From the NCBI GenBank assembly GCA_020148145.1, contig JAHCRE010000016.1:164827-228826 (forward strand): 64,000 nt of DNA. Direction: 5' to 3'. Shown here one piece after another: positions 18,286 through 27,516 of the stretch; position 1 is the stretch's first letter; each line of letters opens with the position of its first letter. The notes below the pieces were generated by a model. It had not been told where the DNA came from. It did no database searches and was given only the letters and a program-made list of their open reading frames with translations. The DNA comes from Patescibacteria group bacterium (GTDB taxonomy: Bacteria > Patescibacteriota > Minisyncoccia > Minisyncoccales > JAHCRE01). Position numbers and translations under genes: made by a program.

Positions 18286-19557
18286 CTACATTATCGGCTT
18301 TTTCTTTTCCAGTAAATCTTTAATCGTTATTAATTTTATCTCTAACCCTTCTTTATTTTTAATCCGCGCTGCTTCCTCATAAGCACCTTTAGTAAAACTA
18401 AAAGCTACAATATAACCCTTTTTATAGCCCGCTCTTTTAAGTGCGGTTTCAAAATTATCTACAACATTACGTCCCGCCTTATCAGATTGTTTTACTTGTA
18501 TCCCTGCTCCTTCGGGAATAAAAATATTTCCTTTAATATAATACCCATCTAATCCCATATCTCCAACTTTCTTTCTACTTGATTTTGCTCTCATCTTATC
18601 TATTATCACCCAGTTTTGAAATTCAAATGGCTCTAACTTCTTTACTTCCTTTACAGTAGTCGGCATACCAACAACAATATAATTAACGCCCTCCGTAGTT
18701 CCTAAAGTTCGTTTTAATCGTCTCTGCATTATTTTAATTGCAGTTGGTGAGATATCTATTCCTATCCACTTTCTTCCTAATCGTTGAGCTACCGCTACAG
18801 TTGTGCCACAGCCACAGAAAGCATCTAAAACTACATCGCCCTTACTTGAGGATATTTTTATTATTCTTTCCAAAAGAGCTTCTGGCTTTTGGGTAGGATA
18901 ACCTTCTCGTTCTTTAGAAGTTGGTTGTATATGCTGTATTTCCCATACATCATGCAAAGGAACCCCTACATTTTCTTTCCCCCTTTTTATGTAATTTCCC
19001 TTCTCATCCTTCAATCTCTGAAGTTTGCCATTAATAACAGCCCTAATAGTATCCTCAATTACTTCAGGTTTAGAGTAAGGCTGATACTGAATATTAAATG
19101 TATAATCTTTTGACTTCGAATAGAATAAAATTGTATCGTGCATTCTTTGATAACTTTTAGAAACATTGCTCCATCTTTTATACCACCAAATAATCTCATT
19201 CCTAAAATTCTTTTTATCAAATATTTCATCTAACATAATCCTTATATGAGCGTTAGCGTGCCAGTCGCAATGTAAATAAAAAGAACCTGTAGGTTTTAAG
19301 GCTTCATACATTACTTGGACCCTTGGTTTTAACCAACCAATATAGTGTTCTATTCCTCCTTCCCACCTATCTTTATAACTTCTAACTTCAGCCTCGTCGC
19401 CCCAGACAATTTCGTACTGTTTGTGAGTAAAAAATGGAGGGTCGATATAAATTAAATCCACGCTCTCTTTTGGGAATTTAGCTACCTCCTCTAAATTATC
19501 ACCACAAATAAGCTTATTAACTTGCCAGAGTTTATTTTGTTCCTTTTGTATAGCCAT
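18286..19557 (-). CDS. DNA methyltransferase (N6-adenine/N4-cytosine, DPPF motif IV) fused to a C-terminal Mrr-like PD-(D/E)xK restriction-endonuclease domain
   Basis: IYIDPPFF (motif IV) and FCGCGTT (motif I, beta-class order); C-terminal GDMGLDGYYIKG...IQVKQ resembles the Mrr_cat D...(E/Q)xK core. Confidence 0.7.
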   Translation of the reverse strand: MAIQKEQNKLWQVNKLICGDNLEEVAKFPKESVDLIYIDPPFFTHKQYEIVWGDEAEVRSYKDRWEGGIEHYIGWLKPRVQVMYEALKPTGSFYLHCDWHANAHIRIMLDEIFDKKNFRNEIIWWYKRWSNVSKSYQRMHDTILFYSKSKDYTFNIQYQPYSKPEVIEDTIRAVINGKLQRLKDEKGNYIKRGKENVGVPLHDVWEIQHIQPTSKEREGYPTQKPEALLERIIKISSSKGDVVLDAFCGCGTTVAVAQRLGRKWIGIDISPTAIKIMQRRLKRTLGTTEGVNYIVVGMPTTVKEVKKLEPFEFQNWVIIDKMRAKSSRKKVGDMGLDGYYIKGNIFIPEGAGIQVKQSDKAGRNVVDNFETALKRAGYKKGYIVAFSFTKGAYEEAARIKNKEGLEIKLITIKDLLEKKKPIM

Positions 19558-19635
19558 TTTTTATAGTCGAAATTTAGTTTTATCTACTTTCTATCTACTT
19601 TTAAGATAGCCCGATTTTTTGAAAAGTTCAAGGTA

Positions 19636-19667
19636 AAATAAAAGGGCGAAACCGATGGGATTTCGCC
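19636..19667 (-). terminator. Intrinsic terminator (ggcgaaa...tttcgcc hairpin plus T-run on the minus strand)
   Basis: Hairpin at 19645-19667 preceded by an A-run on the plus strand; downstream of a tiny 27-aa TM peptide ORF (about 19716-19799, minus strand). Confidence 0.5.
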
Positions 19668-20004
19668 TGGCAATATTTTGAATAGAACGTAAAAGATCAT
19701 AAAAGTGAATATTTCTATGAGTAGAGGCGCCACCAAAAAACTCCTCCAGCAACGAGGAGTAATAAAATAATGATTGAGATAACAATTTTTTTGTTCATAT
19801 TTTTTAATTCTACAAGTTCAAAAATAAAAAAACAACCGCCAAGTATGTGGAAAACTTAATCTATTGGTTTACGAAATCAATGGGTTAAATCGATTTGGCT
19901 CTAGCTTATTTTATGTATTTGATAAGTTTAAGCCAACTTAATACCATTTTGGGCAAATGTCCTACCTATGTCCTACCTTTTAGGAGAGGGTTCAAATAAA
20001 AAAA

Positions 20005-20026
20005 GAAGGGCATTTGAATATGCCCT
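20005..20026 (-). terminator. Intrinsic terminator hairpin aagggcatttgaatatgccctt with flanking A/T runs
   Basis: Perfect 8-bp stem lying 3' of the stop of the 20026..20367 gene. Confidence 0.55.
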
Positions 20027-20367
20027 TAATGGGTTTTTAAAAGAGTGGGGCTGGATAGTTTTATTAGAAAGGTTGCAAGCTCCTCAGTAAATTTTGCGAT
20101 TTCGTCTTCCTCAAGAGAGTCGCAAATGTAGATACCGTGTGGCCTAACCTCAAGCCTACAAGGTGGATCAAAATGGACCGCTATAATCATTTTAGATTGG
20201 TCTTTCCCTTCCCGTTTCATCTCGGCCCATTTGCCACGGATTCTTCTTGCTGTGCTCATAAGTAGCTCTAAACAGAAGATTTCTTCTCCAGGTTCCTCTC
20301 GCATCCCAAAGAACTTCTTTTTATCATCAATGCGGGTCATCCTATATATCCAAACTTCCATTCTCAT
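20026..20367 (-). CDS. Hypothetical protein
   Basis: 113-aa ORF with its own terminator/promoter modules. Confidence 0.4.
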   Translation of the reverse strand: MRMEVWIYRMTRIDDKKKFFGMREEPGEEIFCLELLMSTARRIRGKWAEMKREGKDQSKMIIAVHFDPPCRLEVRPHGIYICDSLEEDEIAKFTEELATFLIKLSSPTLLKTH

Positions 20368-20546
20368 CCCTCCTTTAATATCCTATATTATAGAAAATTA
20401 AATTGCGTTTGTCAATCAACCCCGAGAAAAACTACGAACCAGAATAAATTCGGTTCACGGCTTCGCTCTCGGGGCGGGGGCGGCGGAAATAAAAAAGACG
20501 CATTTCTGCGTCTATAAAAAATAATTAGATAAAATGTCATCGGTGA

Positions 20547-20810
20547 TTATTCTTTGTAAACTCTGTAGCCCTTTCGAGCTCTATGATTAACCTTAAGGCC
20601 AATCGAATCACCAGTCTTAGCCTCTTCTATTTTCTCATGTTCGATTTCCATCGATTCAACTGTTTGGATAAAGTCAGTATCTATCCCTCCGACGATTCGA
20701 ATACTATCTCCCAGCCTTAGAGTATCAACAAGTTCAAGCACTGCTACTCCTATCTTGGAATAATAATGACTAACTGTCCCAATCAATTTTTCTGTTTCGA
20801 TTTCTATCAC
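20547..20810 (-). CDS. Small stand-alone EF-Tu domain-2-like beta-barrel protein
   Basis: 87 aa; GDSIRIVGG...TGDSIGLKV pattern typical of translation-factor domain II barrels. Confidence 0.45.
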   Translation of the reverse strand: MIEIETEKLIGTVSHYYSKIGVAVLELVDTLRLGDSIRIVGGIDTDFIQTVESMEIEHEKIEEAKTGDSIGLKVNHRARKGYRVYKE

Positions 20811-20941
20811 CTCCTTTTAAAAGAACAATATAGAAATATTAGCAAAATTAAAAAACTTGTCAAGTCAACCAAAACCCCGAGAAAAACACTCGGGGCGGAA
20901 ATAAAAAAAAGAGGCAAAAATAAGAGAGTTGCCTCTATTGT

Positions 20942-21220
20942 CTATTTCCTAAATTTTAAAGAACTACGCAACTTTCTTATTATTGATAGAAATCTCCAGT
21001 ATCTCCAATGATAGGAATATTCCCATTTCTGGATAGCCACTATTCCAAGATAGCAACCGAGAGCCCCAATTAGAGAAATTGCTGTTATCATCGCTGCAAC
21101 ATTAGCCCATAAAGCCAACGAGAGAAGAGACAAGACAAGCCATCCTATCGCACAGCACACTGCAAAGAAAATCAGATTAAGCATATTCTTAAAAAGAGCT
21201 TCTTCCCATGTATCACTCAT
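20942..21220 (-). CDS. Small membrane protein (2-3 TM)
   Basis: Hydrophobic 92-aa ORF preceded by a TTGACA-17-TATCTT promoter-like sequence and an AGGGATGAA Shine-Dalgarno-like sequence. Confidence 0.45.
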   Translation of the reverse strand: MSDTWEEALFKNMLNLIFFAVCCAIGWLVLSLLSLALWANVAAMITAISLIGALGCYLGIVAIQKWEYSYHWRYWRFLSIIRKLRSSLKFRK

Positions 21221-21241
21221 TTCTATTCATCCCTCTTTCTT

Positions 21242-21270
21242 CAAGATAATAAAAAATTAATGCCTTGTCA
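21242..21270 (-). promoter_or_regulatory. Sigma-70-like promoter (TTGACA ... TATCTT) for the 20942..21220 gene
   Basis: Reverse complement reads gatTTGACAaggcattaattttttatTATCTTgaagaaagagggatgaatagaaATG. Confidence 0.45.
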
Positions 21271-21362
21271 AATCGGCGGCTCCCCAAGAAGGGGCGGGCG
21301 GAAATAAAAAAGAGACAAAAAATGGGGATTTGCCTCTTTAAGTCACAGGCTAGCCGTGGTTC

Positions 21363-21677
21363 TCAGTAGTATTCGCCAGTAAAGGGGTCTTTCCGTCCAA
21401 ATCTGTGGTGCCAAACACCGCGACGCCAGATCTCTTGTAACTCTTCGCAATCCTCTTTTTCCTCTAACGAGATATCATGAATAACATGGTTTCTCTCGCT
21501 TGCTACCTCTATTTTTCCATTCCTATCTATGTGTACAATGTCTCCCTTCGTGCTAATGACAACTAGTTTTATTTCACCTTTCTCTTGTAATAACTTCTTC
21601 ACGTTTTCGACTTGCCTCTGAGCCTTAGCACGGAACCCTGCATATTTATCTTCTTTTTCTTCTCTAAGTTCTTTCAC
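21363..21677 (-). CDS. Hypothetical protein
   Basis: 104-aa ORF, charged and coiled-coil-like. Confidence 0.4.
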   Translation of the reverse strand: MKELREEKEDKYAGFRAKAQRQVENVKKLLQEKGEIKLVVISTKGDIVHIDRNGKIEVASERNHVIHDISLEEKEDCEELQEIWRRGVWHHRFGRKDPFTGEYY

Positions 21678-22121
21678 CTCCTTTTATTTTTAAAGAACGG
21701 TTTGGAGGTTCAAGGAATTGCACCTTGATTAATCTCAACTTGAGACCTCCACAAAATAAAAAACTAGCTCCTCAGTCTGAGGATCTAGTTTGATTTTATT
21801 ATTGATTAAGTTAGTATTCTAATTTTTCTAAATACAAACTCCCCAGACTAAGTTCTGCTAGTAAATTAACTGACATCATTTGTAAATTGTCTGAGAAGTT
21901 TCTCATATTACTAATTTTAGATGTTATATCAGAGAAGGTACCTTGTCAAGTCAAATCCAAAGAAAAACTCTCGGGGGCTGGCGGCTCCCCAGGGTGGACG
22001 TAATCAGAACTTGGTTTTGGGAGAGGTTTCCAACTCCAGAGATAGTAAAATTACCTACTACCACCCCATTTAAATAGGCGCCCAAACTACTCCTTTAAAA
22101 CTTTGTGTTTTTTAACAATTT

Positions 22122-22886
22122 CTATTTTGCTACTTGTTTATAACAATCCTCCTTTATATATTCCCCGTATTTTTTACAACATTCCTCTCTTGCAATTTTG
22201 TGACAATTAAAAAGCGGGTAATTAGAAACAACAATGGAATACCCATGCTCGTCTTTTATACACCATTCTTCAGATGCTTCCTTAGCTTTCTCACAAATAG
22301 TTGTGTCTTTTTTTCTTTCAGCTAGATATCTATAGCACATTTCTCGGATCATTCCTCCAGGAAGGCCACCAGAACCACCAAAGTCTAGTCTTATTTTTCC
22401 ACAAATGGTCGGATCTCCCTTCTTAATAGCTAAAGTGTTATAACATGAGGCTCTTTCTTCTAAAGAAACTTTTTCGCATGAGAACTCCTGCTCCGTCTCT
22501 CTTGCGATATGTGTAATACATAAGTTTTTATTCCAATTGGCACGAATACCAATAAGTATATTACAAAAACTTATATTTTTCGTTGAATAAGCCGCCTTTA
22601 ATATAAATCCACTAAATCCACCACCGACAAAAAGCAAAACAAAAGCAATCCCGCATATTATAAAAAGTAATTGATAATTATTTATTTTTTTCGCTAAAAA
22701 TTTTTTAGTAAGAACGAAAGCAATAATTTCTATTACATAAAGAGCAACCGATAAAATAAAGGAGGAGGCAAAACAAAAAAATTCAGTTGTTGGATCCCCG
22801 TAGCATACAAGTGCAGAATAAATCCAGCCAGAAAAGAAAAAAACCAGGGGTGGAATAATAAGGATTAAAAATGATTTTTTATTCAT
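22122..22886 (-). CDS. Hypothetical membrane protein with a Cys-rich C-terminal domain
   Basis: 254 aa, 3-4 TM helices at the N-terminus and a C-terminus with more than 10 cysteines. Confidence 0.45.
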   Translation of the reverse strand: MNKKSFLILIIPPLVFFFSGWIYSALVCYGDPTTEFFCFASSFILSVALYVIEIIAFVLTKKFLAKKINNYQLLFIICGIAFVLLFVGGGFSGFILKAAYSTKNISFCNILIGIRANWNKNLCITHIARETEQEFSCEKVSLEERASCYNTLAIKKGDPTICGKIRLDFGGSGGLPGGMIREMCYRYLAERKKDTTICEKAKEASEEWCIKDEHGYSIVVSNYPLFNCHKIAREECCKKYGEYIKEDCYKQVAK

Positions 22887-23092
22887 ATTATGAAATTATA
22901 TCACAAAACAAAACCCCAAGAAAAACTCTCGGGCGGCGGGCTTGCCATCCGAAGCCTTGGCGAAGGATGGCTCCCCTAGCTGGACGCGCCCGTCCGTAGT
23001 TCTCTTGTCCATCGAAGTTTTAACGAAGGTGGAAGCGAAGGAGGGATATTAGAATCTATTTAGTAGAAATATTTACTATTTAAGAATTACAT

Positions 23093-23698
23093 TTACTGCC
23101 ACTTTACTAAAAATTCATGATATTCGTCTCCTCGAAAAGGACATTTTGTTTCTTCACAGGTTGCCTTACTTCTAACTATCATCTCAACTACACTAGAGAA
23201 ATACCCAATAAGAGCTTGACAATGAAGTGGATGAAGACGGAAATTTTTAAGCCTTAGAATTGCATATCTTTTTTCTTTATTGAGTTCTATTGTTTTAAGA
23301 TCACCAACCGTAAAATGTCTTTTCCACATTTTTGGAGTTGCTTTAGCCATTCTCTCGAGCGAAACGAAAAACTTCATAAAAACTCTGATAATTAGAGAAG
23401 AAATTTTAGCTTCAAACCTCCCCATTTCTCTAAACTTTTCTTCGTTGAAATTAAAAAGTCTCTTAATGACTAAAAGGGTAATAGCCATTAATCCTATTGG
23501 GTAAAGATCCCTTGACCTTATTTCTTGGTATTTTATTGGATAACCAAGTTTTGCCATCGTATCTTCTAATTTCTTTAATCCTTCTTTTCCTTTTTCTTTG
23601 AGAACGAATTCTAATGTAGTTTTGAGTGGCTCCTCTTTTACTTCTCCTTCAATTTTCATTAATTCGTTAAATTCTTCTTTTGAAATTATTTGCTCCAT
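23093..23698 (-). CDS. Hypothetical protein (possible V4R/ligand-binding-like fold, weak)
   Basis: 201 aa; the C-terminal HCQALIGYFSSVVEMIV...CEETKCPFRGDEYHEF pattern is loosely like V4R domains. Confidence 0.35.
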   Translation of the reverse strand: MEQIISKEEFNELMKIEGEVKEEPLKTTLEFVLKEKGKEGLKKLEDTMAKLGYPIKYQEIRSRDLYPIGLMAITLLVIKRLFNFNEEKFREMGRFEAKISSLIIRVFMKFFVSLERMAKATPKMWKRHFTVGDLKTIELNKEKRYAILRLKNFRLHPLHCQALIGYFSSVVEMIVRSKATCEETKCPFRGDEYHEFLVKWQ

Positions 23699-23913
23699 AA
23701 TTTTTCTTTATTAAAATACTATATTTTTATTTTAGCAAAGGTTTCCCCAAAAAACAAAAACCCCGAGACTACAACCCACCCAAGGACGGGGCGTTTCGCT
23801 CTGCGAAAGCGCCTCGCGTCCCGACCACATCCTCCCGCCTTCGGCGGGCCCCTAAACTCTCGGGCGGACGGCGGAAATAAAAAAGAGGGTAGATTTTTTA
23901 ATACCACCCTTTT

Positions 23914-24150
23914 TCATTTTTCAGCTGGGCTAATTGCCAAGCTTACCTCTTGTTCGACAATCTGCGTTTTGAAATTCCACATTATTCGCTTGTTGCCTTT
24001 TTTAAAGACCCAAAGGTCTTCTCCATAGACAAAGACATATTCCCAGCCTTGCTCTTCTAGCTCTTTCCTGCTGATTTTCTTGCCTTTGGTCTTATTTCCC
24101 TCCTTTTTTCTTTGTAATCTTATCTTACCATACTGTAAAAAAAAGATCAA
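23914..24150 (-). CDS. Hypothetical small protein
   Basis: 78-aa ORF, weak support. Confidence 0.25.
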   Translation of the reverse strand: MIFFLQYGKIRLQRKKEGNKTKGKKISRKELEEQGWEYVFVYGEDLWVFKKGNKRIMWNFKTQIVEQEVSLAISPAEK

Positions 24151-24279
24151 GTCTAAAAATAAACCCCGAGAAAAACTCTCGCCACGTCAGGCGTGGCGAG
24201 GGACGGGCTGCGGGGTGCTTGTTTTAAACTCTTCCGTAAGCAAACGAGTGTTCTAATTTGCTCTCATTTTTTAGTCATT

Positions 24280-26790
24280 TTAAAAAGGTGGAATCTCCCT
24301 CCACTCAGGAAGCTGCATCCCAATGCCCAGGGTCCTGGCTAGACTACAACCATAATCATCACTATCAGTAACTGTTAAGATTATATTGTAATTTCCGAGG
24401 GAAGAATAGGAATGAGTTGGGTTTTGATCGGTTGAGCTTTGACCATCTCCAAAATTCCAGAACCAACTTTTTGAAGAATCATGAAATTGACTCAGATCCG
24501 TAAATTGAATTACCTCTTTAGCGGTTGGATCTTCTGGTAACCAGTCGAAATCGGGCTCAGGAAAGGGGTGAGTCGTCTGAAAAGGGGTTCCTGGTCGAAG
24601 AGTAGTTTCACCAGGAGGATTGGGAGGATAAATCCAATCAGAAGGCTTATTGTCCCTGTCCCAGACTTTTAGGCTCCAATAATATGTTTTACCCCAGGAA
24701 AGTCTTTCCCCTGATTTCTGGAAAACATATGATGAAGCACTACTGAATATCCTTCCCGTCTCTGCTGCTAAAGATCTAAAGTCAGGATCGTCATCGACCT
24801 CAATTTTAAAGGCTGACTGACTATCTCCGGGATCATAAAATTCCCAATTAACCCTGACTGGAGGATGATCTGGATAACCTATATAGGGAGGACAGTAATC
24901 TGTAGAGTTAGGAGGAGTGACGAATAAATTGTGAGCTGTGGGCGGGCTGGGCGGGCCAGATTTTTCAATAGTGATTGTAGCTGAATCAAAGTCAGAAGAA
25001 ACAAATTCTTCAACAATTTCCATCAAAGAGCTTCCCGTCAAGTTGCCGGTGACATCGGTTGATGGTTTGCTGCCGGAATATTCAAAATCAATCTGAAAAT
25101 TTATCTTGTCGCCAGCACCTAAAGTAAACTTTATGGGCAAGGAAGTACTAATCGAAAAATTCTCCACATTCTGTAATAATTTAATTTCAATGTCAACGGG
25201 AAAAGAACCAAAGTTCCAGATAGAGTTATTAAAGGTTGAAACAGTGTTCTGACCAGCTGGTAAATAAACATCTTCTAATTCAAGGTCAAGGCCAGGAGCA
25301 AAACTTCTTTTAACCTGATCTATTGGTTCATCTAAACCTGTCCGGGGATGATTCTTCCAAATGGTGGTAATATAAAGTTTATAAAGTTGATTAGAGGGGA
25401 TTTGATCAATATCAGGTATTTTATAGAAAAAAGAATAAGCCCGACCATTGTCGTCACGAAAAATAGGATCACCGCGTCCATCACGGGGAACAGGGCGAAC
25501 TCCTGGTTCTTGGTTTAAATCTTTAACCAAGAATTTATAATGCCTAACTGCTGTTGAAGCATCTTGATACCATTTATCTCCATCTTTAATAATCTGAATA
25601 TCAATATCGTAATCATCTCCGTCAACAGTTTCATTGTATCGAGTATTAGGATTCCGTAAATTAAAATAGGCATTATAGGCTGGACTGGCGCCTAATTCTG
25701 TACTCGTGGTAGAAAAAGCACCCGGATCTTGAACCCCGAGATATTTACCAGTACCATACCCTATTGTTACTAAGACATCGCTATAAGATAAATTCTCTAG
25801 TATTTGGCTGCAACTTGAATCAAGGCAAAGACTATAACGATAACTGGCATCAAGTAGGCTTAAGTTAACATTTCTTGTATCAGGAGAATCAATCTCATTA
25901 ATAGTAGCGGTTTTGTCTTGTCTTAAAGTTTGGTAAGGATTAAGAGTAATAATTTCTGAATCGAAATCATGACGAAAGACAGCTTCGCGGTAACGGGCAT
26001 GCCAAGTTCCAGCCAGATGAGAGTAAAAATCGGCGTCTTCTAATTTTAAATAAACAGTATTTGAAGAAAAATTCCGATAGGTACAAGTATTGCTGTAAGT
26101 GCCGTTGTATACTATTTTCTGGCTAGTATATTCACAACTAATTCCCGGAGGGGAAAAATCCGGACCATCGGCATAAATAATCGCTTTATAGTAATAATCT
26201 TCATTAGGCATCATATTACTATCAGACCAACCTAATCTGATCGGTTTCCAGAGATAACCTTCTGGTAAGTCTTGAATTATGCCTTTGGAGATTTCATATT
26301 TTGTCTCGTTTGGAAATAAATAACCAAGGCGTTGGATGGACCTGCCACGAATAACCCAATTAGTAAAAGAAGCTGCTCTTCCCCATCGCCCCTCGTAACC
26401 AAGAGTGGCTCTAAGTGCTTCGATTGGGTCATCTCCAGTATTTTTGACAGTATAACGAGCATAAAGTTCAGAGTGAGCAGTGGTATCAACCTTGGCAATC
26501 TTATCCCCTTCATAGTTGAATCTACTGGGTAGACTGCCACCATACCATTTGGTTGGAGCACCAGGAGCAACTTTATAAACCTTTCCGCCATAGGTTGGAC
26601 CGTTGGTATCTTCAATCCAAGCGATTACTCCCTTGCCAGTTGCTGGGTCATAATTACCGAACTCAGGATCATCAATTGAATATTCAATAAGTGTCATATA
26701 AGCCTCCTGCTTAGCTGAAACTCCACGAGCAACTAAAAGAAAAAAGAATATCAAAAGAAATAAAATTAAAAGATTAAACTTTTTCATCAT
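24280..26790 (-). CDS. Large secreted protein with signal peptide, FN3-like regions and a C-terminal PKD domain
   Basis: N-terminal MMKKFNLLILFLLIFFFLLVARGVSA signal; WFWNFGDGQSSTDQNPTHSYSSLGNYNIILTVTDSDDYG is a PKD-domain signature. Confidence 0.6.
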   Translation of the reverse strand: MMKKFNLLILFLLIFFFLLVARGVSAKQEAYMTLIEYSIDDPEFGNYDPATGKGVIAWIEDTNGPTYGGKVYKVAPGAPTKWYGGSLPSRFNYEGDKIAKVDTTAHSELYARYTVKNTGDDPIEALRATLGYEGRWGRAASFTNWVIRGRSIQRLGYLFPNETKYEISKGIIQDLPEGYLWKPIRLGWSDSNMMPNEDYYYKAIIYADGPDFSPPGISCEYTSQKIVYNGTYSNTCTYRNFSSNTVYLKLEDADFYSHLAGTWHARYREAVFRHDFDSEIITLNPYQTLRQDKTATINEIDSPDTRNVNLSLLDASYRYSLCLDSSCSQILENLSYSDVLVTIGYGTGKYLGVQDPGAFSTTSTELGASPAYNAYFNLRNPNTRYNETVDGDDYDIDIQIIKDGDKWYQDASTAVRHYKFLVKDLNQEPGVRPVPRDGRGDPIFRDDNGRAYSFFYKIPDIDQIPSNQLYKLYITTIWKNHPRTGLDEPIDQVKRSFAPGLDLELEDVYLPAGQNTVSTFNNSIWNFGSFPVDIEIKLLQNVENFSISTSLPIKFTLGAGDKINFQIDFEYSGSKPSTDVTGNLTGSSLMEIVEEFVSSDFDSATITIEKSGPPSPPTAHNLFVTPPNSTDYCPPYIGYPDHPPVRVNWEFYDPGDSQSAFKIEVDDDPDFRSLAAETGRIFSSASSYVFQKSGERLSWGKTYYWSLKVWDRDNKPSDWIYPPNPPGETTLRPGTPFQTTHPFPEPDFDWLPEDPTAKEVIQFTDLSQFHDSSKSWFWNFGDGQSSTDQNPTHSYSSLGNYNIILTVTDSDDYGCSLARTLGIGMQLPEWREIPPF

Positions 26791-27243
26791 TTATTTTAAA
26801 ATAGTGATTTCTTCTGCCTTAAATTCTTGCTTTCCCTTAATATTTTCTGAAGAAAGAACATAAAGTAAGTCCCCTACCTTAATGTCTTCAAATTTAGCTT
26901 CCAAAATGTCTTCAAATTCACCTTCCAAAGGATAACCCCATTGGGGCTCTTCAGGAAGATTAATTTTTGTATTTTCATCAACAGTAATCTTTAAAATCTC
27001 AGTCTCGGTTTCTCCAGTTTTCGGATCGATTTTCCCTTCTAAAACATTTGCTTTGAGGTGAATTATATTGCCCTCTATTTCCACTACCTCGCCAGCTCTC
27101 ATAAAAATTTCTTCTGGAATTTTAACTAGTCTCTCGATTTGGCTCTTTTCTTTTTCAACGCCTAAAAAATATCCAATTCCTCCACTAATTGCTAACCCAA
27201 AACAGAAGAAAATAATTATTAGAAAGATTTTTTTTGTTTCCAT
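26791..27243 (-). CDS. Hypothetical membrane-anchored protein
   Basis: Start trimmed to METKKIFLIIIFFCFGLAISGG. The longer track ORF runs into a GC-rich intergenic repeat. Confidence 0.4.
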   Translation of the reverse strand: METKKIFLIIIFFCFGLAISGGIGYFLGVEKEKSQIERLVKIPEEIFMRAGEVVEIEGNIIHLKANVLEGKIDPKTGETETEILKITVDENTKINLPEEPQWGYPLEGEFEDILEAKFEDIKVGDLLYVLSSENIKGKQEFKAEEITILK

Positions 27244-27516
27244 AAATTTTAGAGTTAAAAATCGAGGTCTTCGACCTTTTATTCTATTATACCTTAATTG
27301 CCCGCAAAACGAAAACCCCAAGACTACAACCCACCCACCACATCCTCCCGCCTTCGGCGGGCCCCTAAACTCTCGGGGGGTCCCGCAAGATGACTGCGTC
27401 ATCGCGGGACTCACTCAAAACGGCTTGCCACGAGATGGCGAAGCCATTTTTCGTGGCTCCCCCCCAACTGCACGTCATTCAAACCTGTTTAACAAAATAA
27501 AAGCTATTTCAATTAT

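Noticed and set aside
23690-24028. Plus-strand ORFs 23690..24028, 27068..27592 and 28582..28836, and minus-strand ORF 23719..23907, all encoding PREFRGPPKAGGCG-like peptides
   Set aside because: They are translations of copies of the GC-rich intergenic repeat, giving the same peptide in unrelated places. They have low-complexity Pro/Gly/Arg composition and lack a start context. They are spurious.
20400-24260. CRISPR array or integron cassette array, suggested by the regularly recurring GC-rich repeats
   Set aside because: Repeat spacing is irregular (400-950 bp) and the intervals contain protein-coding genes with promoters. There are no cas genes, no IntI-type integrase and no attC core sites (GTTRRRY/RYYYAAC). 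The repeats are better explained as terminator/promoter modules.
26791-27414. Long N-terminal extensions of track ORFs 26791..27414, 5846..6655, 38038..38496 and 4732..5022
   Set aside because: The extensions run through GC-rich repeats or terminator hairpins, or overlap upstream genes. Internal Met codons that match the conserved protein N-termini were used instead.
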